A stretch of DNA of 64,000 nucleotides from the NCBI RefSeq assembly GCF_043195095.1, contig NZ_JBAFWN010000001.1, one strand, 5' to 3'. Below, piece by piece: positions 1 through 23,511 of this stretch. Source of the DNA: Xanthobacter sp. VTT E-85242. GTDB lineage: Bacteria > Pseudomonadota > Alphaproteobacteria > Rhizobiales > Xanthobacteraceae. The stretch's first letter is position 1. Each line of letters opens with the position of its first letter. Below the pieces are notes generated by a model that saw only the letters and a program-made list of their open reading frames with translations, did no database searches and had not been told where the DNA came from. The position numbers and the translations under genes are program-made.

Positions 1-3000
1 GCAGCGACAAGGCGGCGATGCGGGTGTCCGAGAACATCGGATACATGGACGCGGGATCGGCCAGCAGATGGCGCGCGCCATTGATGATCTTGGCCGAGCC
101 TTCCGCCCCGCCGATGGCGCCGACGATCTCGGAGATGCAGGCGTCCACCTTCTCCGGCAAGCGCACGGTCATGGCATCGCCGTGGATCACCTCGATGCGG
201 TCGGAAAGGCCGAGCTTTTCCACCGTCTCGCGGGCCTTGCGGGCGGTGGCTTCCAGCCGGTCCACCGCATAGACCTTGCGCGCGCCGGCCTCCACCGCGA
301 GGCGGGCGAGAATGGCGAGCGGGCCGGTGCCGATGTCCACCACGCTCTTGCCCGGCAGATGGCGCGCGAAGGCGTCGCGATAGCGCGCGTTGCGGCCCTC
401 GTCGGCGGCCATGGCGCCATAGGCGACGTCGTCATAGACGAAGAATTCGGCCACCGAGGGCCACAGCTCCACTTTCTCCTCGGCGCAATAATAGGCCGCG
501 AGCGCAACCGAGCCGTCGTCGCGCTCCAGGTGCGCCACATGCACGTCGCGCAGGCCCTCCACCCGGCGCAGCGCGGCTTCCACCTCGCCCAGTTCCAAGC
601 GGTGGCCGGCGACCTTCACCTGGTCGTCGAGACGGCCGAGGCAATCCACCGAACCGTCGGCGCGCCAGGCGCCGAAATCGCCGGTGCGATAGAGCCGCGC
701 GCCGGTGCGCGGATGGGTGATGAAGGCGCGCGCCGTGCGCCCCTCATCGCCCTGATAGCCGCGCGCGAGCCCGAGCCCGCCGAGATAAATCTCGCCCGGC
801 ACGCCGATGGGCGCGGGCTCCAGAGTCTCATCGAGAATATGCAGGCTGGTGTTGGGCAGCGGCCGACCGATGGGCAGGCGCGCGCCCTGCGCGTCTTCCG
901 CCCGCACCCGGTGCACGGTCGCGCAGACCGAGAATTCGGTCGGGCCATAGGCGTTATAGGCGCGCAGCTGGTCGGCATGGGCGCAAAGCTCTTCCACCGG
1001 CGCGGCTTCCCCGGCGGTGATCAGCACCTTCAGGCCGTCCAGCGGCGCCCCGTCGAGCGCGCGCAGATAGGTGGGCGGCAAGGTGACGACGCTGGTGCCC
1101 GTGCGTGCCAGCGCGTCTAGGAACAGGCCCGTGTTCTCCAGTGTGGCGCGCGACGGCAGCACCACGCACGCGCCGGCGAACAGCGCCATGAACAGATTGG
1201 CCAGCGAGGCATCGAACGAGGGCGAGGCGAACTGCATCACCTTGTCGTCCGGGGTGATCTCGAAGGCTTCGATCTGCCCGAGCGACATGTTCACGAAGCC
1301 GGCGTGCTCCACCATCACCGCCTTGGGCTCGCCGGTGGAGCCGGAGGTGAAGATCACATAGGCGACCTCCCCCGGCGCGCTGCGGTCGAGCGGTGGCGCG
1401 CCGTCTTGCACAAGGACCGGCGCCACGCTCGCCTGCGGCAGGGCGCTGTCGGCGATGCGCTCGGCGTCGGTATCGGCGAGGATCAGCCGGCATTCGGCGC
1501 GCGCGAGCATGAAGTCGATGCGAGCGCCGGGCAATTCCCCGTCCACGGGCACATAGACCGCGCCGGCTTTCAAGATCGCGAGCAGCGCCACCAGGGATTC
1601 GATGGAGCGATGGGCCAGCACCGCCACCCGGTGTCCCGCTGCGATGGCATGGTCCGCCACCAGCAACGCCGCCAGGCGATCGCTCGCGGCATCGAGCGCG
1701 GCATAGGTGAGCACACGGCCTTCTTCGTCTTCCACTGCGGGACGATCGGCATGAGCCGCTGCCATGGCGCGGAAGGCGCCCACCATGGTGGCGGGCACGC
1801 GACCGACGCGGAGACCCTGCGCGAATTCGGCGATCCGCTGGGCTTCCTGCGGCGGCACCAGCGGCAGGCGCGCCACCGGCAAGCTGGTATCCTCAAGCGC
1901 CGCGCCTGCCATGTGCGCGAACTGGGCGCCGGCCCGTTCGATGCGGTCGGCGTCGAACAGGTCGCTGTTGTAATTCAGGTCGAGGATCAGCGCGCCGTCT
2001 TCCTCCTGGAAGTGGAAGACCATGTCGTAGCGCGAGAAATTCCAGGCGTTGCGGGCCCCGAACGGGGCGATGGAGACGCCCTCCAGGGTCAGGTCGACCC
2101 CGGCGAAATTTTGCAGCACGATCATGGCGTCGAACAAGGGCGAGCGGCTCATGTCGCGCTCGATCTGGAGTTCGTTCACCAAGGTGTCGAAGGGATAATC
2201 CTGGTGCGCCAGGGCGGCGTTGATGGTCGCGCCCACGCGCGCCAGGAAGGCCGCGAAGCTGCCCCCCTCCGCGAGACGGTCACGCAGGGCGAGGGTGTTC
2301 ACATAATAGCCGATCTGGTGCTCCAGGCCGGCATCGGCGCGGCCGGCGACCGGGCAGCCGAGCACCAGTTCGCCCTGGCCGCTATAGCGGTGCAGGAACG
2401 CCTTGGTGAGCGCGGTGAGCACCACGAACAGGGTGGTGCCGCTGCGCTGGGCGAGGGTTTCCACCGCGCGCAGCATCGGCACTCCGAGATCGAAGCGGGC
2501 GGTACGGCCGTTGAGGGTCTGCACCGGCGGGCGGGCGCGGTCGCGCGGCAGGTCGAGCGGCGGCACGGGGGTCACGAACTGGTCCAGCCAGAATGCCCGG
2601 TCGGCGGCAAGCGCGCCGCTGGAAGCGCGCTTCGCCTGCCAGACGGCGACATCGCGCATCTGTACCTCGAGCGTCGGCAACACCGGCGGGCGAAGTTGGC
2701 GCAGCGCCGCGTAGCATTCGGCCAGCTCGCGCACCAGCACGCTCAGCGACCAGACGTCGGCGACGATGTGGTGGATGTTGAACAGCAGCAGATGGGCCGG
2801 CACGCCGCCCGCGTCGGGCAGGCGCACCAGCACCACCCGCATCAGCGGGCCGGCGACGAGATCGAAGCGATGGGCGCCATTGGCGGCGGCGAGCCGTTCG
2901 GCCTCGCTCTTCGGGTCGCCATGCCGGCGCAGGTCCACCTGCTCCATGTGCCAGGGCAGCTCGGCATGCACCACCTGCGCGCCGGCGCCGTCCGGGCCTT

Positions 3001-5038
3001 CGCGGAAGGTGGTGCGCAAGGATTCGTGGCGCGCGATCAGCAGCGCGAACGCATGCTCCAGCGCATCCTCGTCGAGCGCGCCGTGGAGTTCGTAGGTCTC
3101 GAAGAGATTATAGGCGGTGGGCGCGACGCCCAGCCGGTCGAGCCGCCACAGGCGGTTCTGCGCGGGGGTCGCGGGATAGAAGTCCGCCGGCGCCGCGCGG
3201 GGAATGGAAACCTGTGCGGCGGCCTGCGGACGGGCCGCGTCCACCAGCGCCGCGAGCGCGCGAATGTGAGGGGCGGCGAAGAAATCCTTCAGGCTCACCT
3301 CGACGGCGAGCGCCTGATAGATCTTCTGCACGGCCCGGATGGCTTTCAGCGAATCCCCGCCGAAATCGTGGAAGCGGGTTTCCACGCTCACCTTGCTGAG
3401 GCCGAACAGCTCGGCCCAGATCTGCGCGAGCGCCGCCTCCGTGGCGGTCTGCGCCGGCACGAAGCCGTGCTGGGCATAAAACAATTCCTCCGGTCGCGGC
3501 AGCGCCTTGCGGTTCAGTTTGCCGGAGATGGTGGTGGGCAAAGCCTCCAGCGGCAGGAACACGCGCGGCTGCATGGCGGGCGGCAGGGACTTGCCGAGCT
3601 CGCCCTTCAGCAGATCCACTGAAAGCGGGATCGCCTCGCCGTCGGCGCGCACATAATAGCCCACCAGCACGGGCATCTGCCCCTCGCCCTCCTGGAGCGC
3701 GGCGGCGGCAGCCGCGATGCCGGGAACGGCGCGCAGGGCGGCTTCGATCTCGCTCAATTCGATGCGCACGCCGTTGATCTTCACCTGATTGTCCTGGCGG
3801 CCGAGGCATTCCACCGTACCGTCGGGCAGCAGGCGGCCAAGGTCGCCGGTCTTGTAGAGGCGCGGCGCGCCCTCCCCCTCCAGCGGATTTGTGATGAAGG
3901 CGGCGGCCGTCAATTCGGGATCATTGAGATAGCCGAGCGAGGGATAGGCGGTCTCAATATGGATCTCGCCGATCTGGTTCACCGCGCAGGCGCGGCCGTT
4001 GTTCAGCACCAGCACTCGCGTATCCGGCAGCGGCCGGCCGATGGGCAGCACGCGCCGCAGGTCGCCCGGCAGCGCGCCGACCTTGTGGAACACCTTGGCG
4101 AGGGTGGTCTCGGAGGGACCGTAGAGATTGACCACCTCCGCCCCCTCCCCCGCCGCCGCGCGCCAGGCGGCGACATCGGCGCCGAGCAGCGGCTCGCCGG
4201 CCACCAGCAGATGCTTCAAGGCGGGCAGAGGATCCGCCTCGCCCCGCCGCTCCAGCTCGCGGGTGAGGAGGCGCAGCACGGTGGGCACGCAATGCACCAG
4301 CGTGACGCCCGCCGCCTTCAGGGCGTCCACCAGATGGCGCGGCGACAGGCGGATGTCCTCGTCCACGGCGCAGAGCGTGCCCCCGACCATCAGCGGCGCC
4401 AGGATGTCGCGCAGGCTCACGTCGAACGTGACCGGCGCGAGCCAGGAGCCGCGCGTCGTCTCGGTGAGGCCGAATTCGCCGATCTCCCAACGCAGGAAGT
4501 GGGAAAGGCTGCGATGCGGGCCGAGGATCGCCTTGGGCGCGCCGGTGGACCCAGAGGTGAACATCACATAGGCCGCGTCCGTGGGCCCGATACGCCGCTC
4601 TGGGGGCGCGGCAACCGCATCGCCGCAATCTTCCAGCGCGATGATTTCCACCGGCCCGTCGGCGAGCGCCTGCGTCGCCGCGAGGCGCGCGCGCAGATCC
4701 TCCACCAGCGCGGCCTCGGTGAGGATGACGCGGCTTCGCGCCTTGTTCAGATAGGCGCGCAGCCGCTGTTCCGGCAGGTCCGGCGGCAGCGGCAGGAAGG
4801 CGCCGCCCGCCTTCCCGGTGGCAAGCAGAGCGGCGACATAATCGACGCCCGCCGGCAGGAACAGGCCGACGATGGCATTGCGCCCCACGCCCGCCTGCGT
4901 GAGCCGCGCCGCGATGGCGTTCGCGCGCGCATCGAGCGCGCCATAGGTGACCGGGTCGTCGCGCCGCAGCACGGCAACGGCGTCCGGCCGGGCCGCCGCC
5001 TGAAGCTCGAACTGGTCGACATAGGAAGCGCGTTGCAT
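1..5038 (-). CDS. Non-ribosomal peptide synthetase, partial (3' end beyond window start). Domains: A-T-C-A, the second A domain interrupted by a class I SAM methyltransferase
   Basis: Reverse-strand frame read manually from the ATG at 5038 (MQRASYVDQFELQAAARPDAVAVL...). Seen in sequence: A3 core AAYVMFTSGSTGAPK (about nt 4540-4580), T-domain FHDFGGDSLKAIR, C-domain HHIVADVWS, second A3 core AYVIFTSGSTGEPK (about nt 1400-1440), A7/A8 YRTGDF...GRLDDQVKVAGHRLELGEVE. After A8 comes a PRMT-like methyltransferase: motif I VVDIGTGPLAILARLA (nt about 320-345), VDACISEIVGAIGG, LLADPASMYP, running to nt 2 with no stop. Not in the ORF track only because the ORF is open at the window edge. The 12-nt gap to asnB suggests an operon. 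Confidence 0.9.
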   Translation of the reverse strand, partial: MQRASYVDQFELQAAARPDAVAVLRRDDPVTYGALDARANAIAARLTQAGVGRNAIVGLFLPAGVDYVAALLATGKAGGAFLPLPPDLPEQRLRAYLNKARSRVILTEAALVEDLRARLAATQALADGPVEIIALEDCGDAVAAPPERRIGPTDAAYVMFTSGSTGAPKAILGPHRSLSHFLRWEIGEFGLTETTRGSWLAPVTFDVSLRDILAPLMVGGTLCAVDEDIRLSPRHLVDALKAAGVTLVHCVPTVLRLLTRELERRGEADPLPALKHLLVAGEPLLGADVAAWRAAAGEGAEVVNLYGPSETTLAKVFHKVGALPGDLRRVLPIGRPLPDTRVLVLNNGRACAVNQIGEIHIETAYPSLGYLNDPELTAAAFITNPLEGEGAPRLYKTGDLGRLLPDGTVECLGRQDNQVKINGVRIELSEIEAALRAVPGIAAAAAALQEGEGQMPVLVGYYVRADGEAIPLSVDLLKGELGKSLPPAMQPRVFLPLEALPTTISGKLNRKALPRPEELFYAQHGFVPAQTATEAALAQIWAELFGLSKVSVETRFHDFGGDSLKAIRAVQKIYQALAVEVSLKDFFAAPHIRALAALVDAARPQAAAQVSIPRAAPADFYPATPAQNRLWRLDRLGVAPTAYNLFETYELHGALDEDALEHAFALLIARHESLRTTFREGPDGAGAQVVHAELPWHMEQVDLRRHGDPKSEAERLAAANGAHRFDLVAGPLMRVVLVRLPDAGGVPAHLLLFNIHHIVADVWSLSVLVRELAECYAALRQLRPPVLPTLEVQMRDVAVWQAKRASSGALAADRAFWLDQFVTPVPPLDLPRDRARPPVQTLNGRTARFDLGVPMLRAVETLAQRSGTTLFVVLTALTKAFLHRYSGQGELVLGCPVAGRADAGLEHQIGYYVNTLALRDRLAEGGSFAAFLARVGATINAALAHQDYPFDTLVNELQIERDMSRSPLFDAMIVLQNFAGVDLTLEGVSIAPFGARNAWNFSRYDMVFHFQEEDGALILDLNYNSDLFDADRIERAGAQFAHMAGAALEDTSLPVARLPLVPPQEAQRIAEFAQGLRVGRVPATMVGAFRAMAAAHADRPAVEDEEGRVLTYAALDAASDRLAALLVADHAIAAGHRVAVLAHRSIESLVALLAILKAGAVYVPVDGELPGARIDFMLARAECRLILADTDAERIADSALPQASVAPVLVQDGAPPLDRSAPGEVAYVIFTSGSTGEPKAVMVEHAGFVNMSLGQIEAFEITPDDKVMQFASPSFDASLANLFMALFAGACVVLPSRATLENTGLFLDALARTGTSVVTLPPTYLRALDGAPLDGLKVLITAGEAAPVEELCAHADQLRAYNAYGPTEFSVCATVHRVRAEDAQGARLPIGRPLPNTSLHILDETLEPAPIGVPGEIYLGGLGLARGYQGDEGRTARAFITHPRTGARLYRTGDFGAWRADGSVDCLGRLDDQVKVAGHRLELGEVEAALRRVEGLRDVHVAHLERDDGSVALAAYYCAEEKVELWPSVAEFFVYDDVAYGAMAADEGRNARYRDAFARHLPGKSVVDIGTGPLAILARLAVEAGARKVYAVDRLEATARKARETVEKLGLSDRIEVIHGDAMTVRLPEKVDACISEIVGAIGGAEGSAKIINGARHLLADPASMYPMFSDTRIAALSL

Positions 5039-5050
5039 GGATCTGTCCCG

Positions 5051-6922
5051 TCAGGAGAGCTGCGGCAAGGCAAAGTGTTCGCGAAGCAGGCCGAAGGTGA
5101 GAACGACCATCAGAAAGTCATCCTCGAAGGTCTGGTTCAGCTCGGTCTTCGGATCGAGGTATCGGGTTTTGAGATGGGCGATGGCCGCGGGGTTGAAATA
5201 GCCGTCGGCGCGGATGCGCTCCTCGTCCAGCAGGTCGAGCACCTGTGGTTCGCGCGCGCGCAGCAGGCGGGCGCTGGAATGGGCGACGAAGGAGAATTTC
5301 TTGCGGTCCACGATCTGCGCCGGCAGATAGCGCCGCGCCACCTGCTTGAGAACGAATTTCTCCTCCCCGCCGCGCACCATCAGAGCGGGTGGAATGCGCC
5401 GCGCCACGTCGATGACGCCGAGGTCGAGGAAGGGATAGCGCGCCTCCACCGAATTGGCGAAGCTCACCCGGTCGCCATGGTCGGCGAGCAGATGGTCCGC
5501 CATGCGCAGCTTGAAATCGAGATAGGAGCGGATATGGAAGGGGTGGCGGCCGGCGATCTGGCTGCGGTCCACGACATCGCCGGCGAGGCAATCGAAGCTG
5601 TCGAAGCGCGCCGCCACCGCATCGGCATAAAGGCCCTGGCGGCTCTCGCGGCTGGCGGCGTAATTCTTCTCATAGAAAAAGCCAGGATCGCCCCACAGCC
5701 GCTCGCGCCATTCCGCCTCGATCATCTCGTCGAGGTCGAGGCTGTCCGCCGCAGCGCCGCCGCGTTCCATGTCGAGCCGATAGCCCACATAGCCGCCGAA
5801 CAGCTCGTCCGCGCCCTCCCCGGTGAGCACCACCTTCAGGCCCGCGTCGCGCACCATGCCGGAGAGCAAGAGCGAGCAGACATTATAGGATTCGCGCAAC
5901 GGCGCCTCGGCGCAGCGCACGATGTCGGCCAGCCGCCGCGAGAGGACGGAGGGGTCCACCTCCGCCTCGTGATGCACGGTGCCGAGCCGCTTCGCCATCA
6001 GCCGCTGGGGGCCGCGCTCGTCCATGGCACGGTCGGGGAAGGTGATGGAGAAGGTGTGGCGCGTGGATGAGCCCGCCACATCGGCCACGATGGCGGCGAT
6101 GAGCGAGGAATCCAGTCCGCCGGACAGATAGCCACCCACCGGAACGTCGGCCTGGAGGCGATAGCGCACCGCCTGCCGCAGCGCCGCGTCGAGCTCCTCG
6201 ACGCACTCCTCCAGCCGACGCGGCGCGATGTCCTGCGCGAGGGGATAATCGAGGTCCCAGTATTTCTGGACCTTCAGGGGCTTGTCGGGGTCCGCCACCA
6301 GCACATGGCCGGGCGGCAGGCTCTTCACCTCGGCGAAGATGGTGCGGGGCGAGACGAGGCCGGGAAAGGTGAAGATCTGGTCGAGCGCGGTCAGGTCCAC
6401 CGTGCGGTCCAGGGCGTTGTTCGACAGCAGCGCGCGGATTTCCGAGCCGAACATCAAGAGCCCGTCGCGCTCGGCATAGAAGAGCGGCGCGATGCCCACA
6501 TGATCGCGGCCAAGCACGAGCCGGCGGGTCGTCCGGTCGAACACCGCGAATGCGAACTGGCCGTTGATGCGGCGGGCGAACTCGACTCCATATTCGGCGA
6601 ACAGCGCGGGCACCAATTCGGTGTCGCAGCGGGTGGCGAAGCGGTGGCCCCGGCTCTCCAGGTCGGCGCGCAATTCGGCGTAATTATAGATCTCGCCGTT
6701 GCAGATGCCCACCACGCGCCCCTCGGCCGCGAACATGGGTTGGCGGCCGGCGGCGAGATCGACGATGGAGAGCCGGCGGAAGCCGAGGCTCACCACCTCG
6801 TCGCTGAAAAAGCCCTCATCGTCCGGCCCGCGATGGCGCAGCGTATCCGCCATGCGGACGATGAGATCGTCCGCAACCGTGGGGCCGGGGTGGCGCCTGA
6901 GATATCCGACAATTCCGCACAT
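5051..6922 (-). CDS. asnB: Asparagine synthetase (glutamine-hydrolysing)-type class II amidotransferase, 623 aa
   Basis: N-terminal MCGIVGY (Ntn Cys2 nucleophile of class II glutamine amidotransferases), GPDDEG motif, C-terminal synthetase domain with SGGLDSS PP-loop. Start codon sits 3 nt after the megasynthase stop; its own stop is 12 nt before the next NRPS start. Confidence 0.9.
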   Translation of the reverse strand: MCGIVGYLRRHPGPTVADDLIVRMADTLRHRGPDDEGFFSDEVVSLGFRRLSIVDLAAGRQPMFAAEGRVVGICNGEIYNYAELRADLESRGHRFATRCDTELVPALFAEYGVEFARRINGQFAFAVFDRTTRRLVLGRDHVGIAPLFYAERDGLLMFGSEIRALLSNNALDRTVDLTALDQIFTFPGLVSPRTIFAEVKSLPPGHVLVADPDKPLKVQKYWDLDYPLAQDIAPRRLEECVEELDAALRQAVRYRLQADVPVGGYLSGGLDSSLIAAIVADVAGSSTRHTFSITFPDRAMDERGPQRLMAKRLGTVHHEAEVDPSVLSRRLADIVRCAEAPLRESYNVCSLLLSGMVRDAGLKVVLTGEGADELFGGYVGYRLDMERGGAAADSLDLDEMIEAEWRERLWGDPGFFYEKNYAASRESRQGLYADAVAARFDSFDCLAGDVVDRSQIAGRHPFHIRSYLDFKLRMADHLLADHGDRVSFANSVEARYPFLDLGVIDVARRIPPALMVRGGEEKFVLKQVARRYLPAQIVDRKKFSFVAHSSARLLRAREPQVLDLLDEERIRADGYFNPAAIAHLKTRYLDPKTELNQTFEDDFLMVVLTFGLLREHFALPQLS

Positions 6923-6925
6923 GGC

Positions 6926-21601
<14,676 letters not shown>

Positions 21602-21695
21602 GCCTATGACAGGTGGCTAAATCACGATGTCTTATGAAGGACGCACTTCATCTGTAATTTCATTTCGGAAACGCCGGTGCGCGGGGGCGGAGACC

Positions 21696-22814
21696 ATGAC
21701 AGATACGACAAACACCCCGTCTCGGCACGATCAGAACATAAGCCGGCAACGCGCCCGGGATGCCGGCTTGCGCCTGCCCGGCCAAACGGGACCGCTGAAC
21801 GCAATCACAGACGTACCAGGGGTTGAAGTCGGTTTTAATACAATCATCCGGGACGATGACACGCCGGTGCGCACCGGCGTCACCGCCGTGCTGCCGCGCC
21901 CGCTCGCGCAGGTGGTCGACCCGGTGTGGGCCGGCTTCTTCTCGCAGAACGGCAGCGGGGAGATGACCGGCACCCATTGGATTCGCGAGGCCGGCTGGCT
22001 CTCCGGCCCGATCACTATCACCAACACCTTTTCCGTCGGCCTCGCGCACCACGCCACGGTGCGCTGGATGTGCAGGCGCTTCCGCGACAAATTGGACCAT
22101 GAAAGCTGGGTGATGCCGGTGGCTGCCGAAACCTTCGACGGCTATCTGAACGACATCGTCGGCCAGCATGTCACCGAGGACGACGTGATCGCGGCCATCG
22201 AATCGGCCCGCTCCGGCCCGCTCGAGGAGGGCAATGTGGGCGGCGGCACGGGCATGATCTGCTACGGCTTCAAGGGCGGCACCGGCACCGCGTCGCGCCG
22301 CGTGCGCACGCCGGCCGGCACCTTCACGGTGGGCGTGCTGGTGCAGGCGAACCACGGCATTCGCCCCTGGCTCCAGGTGCTCGGCCTGCCCGTGGGCCGC
22401 CATCTGCCGGATCCGCGCGGCATCAATCGCGAAAGCGGCTCCATCATCGGCATCATCGCCACCGACGCGCCGCTGTATCCGACCCAATTGGAGCGCCTCG
22501 CGCGGCGCGGCGGGCTTGGCATCGCGCGCGGTGGCACGCCCTCGGGCAATGCCTCGGGCGACATGTTCGTCGCCTTCTCCACCGCCGGCGGGCCCGGGCC
22601 ACTGCCGGAAAAGCCCCTCTCCACGCTGGAGTGGCATGCGAATGAGAGCCTCGATCCGCTGCTGTTGGCGGTGGTGGAGGGCATCGAGGAAGCGGTGCTA
22701 AACGCGATGCTCATGGCGCGAACCATGACCGGCCGCGTCGGCACCATCGCCGCGCTCGATCCGACGGAGCTTTTCGCCGCGATGGATCAGGCGGGCGGCG
22801 AATGGCGGGCGTGA
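21696..22814 (+). CDS. DmpA/BapA-family (peptidase S58, Ntn-hydrolase) aminopeptidase: L-aminopeptidase D-Ala-esterase/amidase or beta-peptidyl aminopeptidase homologue
   Basis: Family-typical GGGTG, ATDAPL, glycine-rich body. Using the ATG at 21696 (MTDTTNTPS...), the predicted autoproteolytic Gly|Ser pair falls at residues 248|249 (ESG|SIIGIIATDAPL, nt about 22437-22442), essentially the DmpA Gly249|Ser250 position. The track ORF begins at 21627, but its first 23 aa look non-native. Divergently transcribed from the megasynthase. Confidence 0.8.
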   Translation: MTDTTNTPSRHDQNISRQRARDAGLRLPGQTGPLNAITDVPGVEVGFNTIIRDDDTPVRTGVTAVLPRPLAQVVDPVWAGFFSQNGSGEMTGTHWIREAGWLSGPITITNTFSVGLAHHATVRWMCRRFRDKLDHESWVMPVAAETFDGYLNDIVGQHVTEDDVIAAIESARSGPLEEGNVGGGTGMICYGFKGGTGTASRRVRTPAGTFTVGVLVQANHGIRPWLQVLGLPVGRHLPDPRGINRESGSIIGIIATDAPLYPTQLERLARRGGLGIARGGTPSGNASGDMFVAFSTAGGPGPLPEKPLSTLEWHANESLDPLLLAVVEGIEEAVLNAMLMARTMTGRVGTIAALDPTELFAAMDQAGGEWRA

Positions 22815-22839
22815 GGGGCGACGAACCCCGGGGTCGCGG

Positions 22840-23397
22840 TCAGGGCTGCTTGGACGCCGCCGGGCACCGGGATCGGTCGAAAATGCCCATTGCCATCGGG
22901 GCCACATAGGTCAGTTGATCGCCGCGGCGCGCACCGTAAAGATCGTACAACAGGCCGAGCATCATATCGGCGACGCGGTCAAGGTCCTCACCGGGTTTCA
23001 GAATGACCAGAAGCTTCTGAAAATTCCCTTCTGAACTGTCGGTGTCGAACCCCGCCGCTTCCAGGATCGCCAAGTTGCTCATTCGCACCTCGTCCCGGAC
23101 CTCGCCTTTCTTCACGCCATAGAAGCCGGAGGCCGCCTCGCACAGCATCTGAATGTTGTCCTCCAGCAGCAGGCATTGCACATATTGCTGGTCCCCGCCC
23201 TTCACCGACACAGCGACAAATCGGTCCATCTTTTGCCGCACGAGGTAGGTCACGAAGAGGCGGTCTGAGATCTTGCAGTGGTTCTCGGCGATGAATGTCG
23301 CCCGCCCGTCCGCCGCCATGGCCGACGGCACAAGAAAGGCCAGCCAGACGCAGGCAGCCGCAAGCCGCACCAGAGTCCTCACCCGATTCGCATGCAT
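22840..23397 (-). CDS. Hypothetical secreted protein (signal peptide, 4 Cys), 185 aa
   Basis: N-terminal h-region LVRLAAACVWLAFLVPSAMAADG. No family recognised by eye. Lies between the two peptidase genes. Confidence 0.5.
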   Translation of the reverse strand: MHANRVRTLVRLAAACVWLAFLVPSAMAADGRATFIAENHCKISDRLFVTYLVRQKMDRFVAVSVKGGDQQYVQCLLLEDNIQMLCEAASGFYGVKKGEVRDEVRMSNLAILEAAGFDTDSSEGNFQKLLVILKPGEDLDRVADMMLGLLYDLYGARRGDQLTYVAPMAMGIFDRSRCPAASKQP

Positions 23398-23511
23398 GAT
23401 CAGCCCCCGCCGTATCGGGGCGAAAGCTTAACCTGTGCGCGAAAGTTGCGTAAGGAGAGGCGAGCAAACGCGGCTGCAACCAAAGCGCACAGGGCGGCCG
23501 ACGCTTCTCCG

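Noticed and set aside
954-4628. Minus-strand ORFs 954..1493, 3108..3809, 3954..4628 etc. containing LCDLHLRLHRRAQGG-like strings
   Set aside because: These are +1/-1 frames of the real NRPS reading frame (the string is a frame-shifted AYVIFTSGSTGxPKG). The true frame is open from 5038 to the window edge and was not listed because it has no stop.
22840-23397. Assigning the 185-aa secreted protein to the YbjN/chaperone-like family
   Set aside because: Only a vague resemblance in length and charge pattern, with no motif I could verify. Left as hypothetical.
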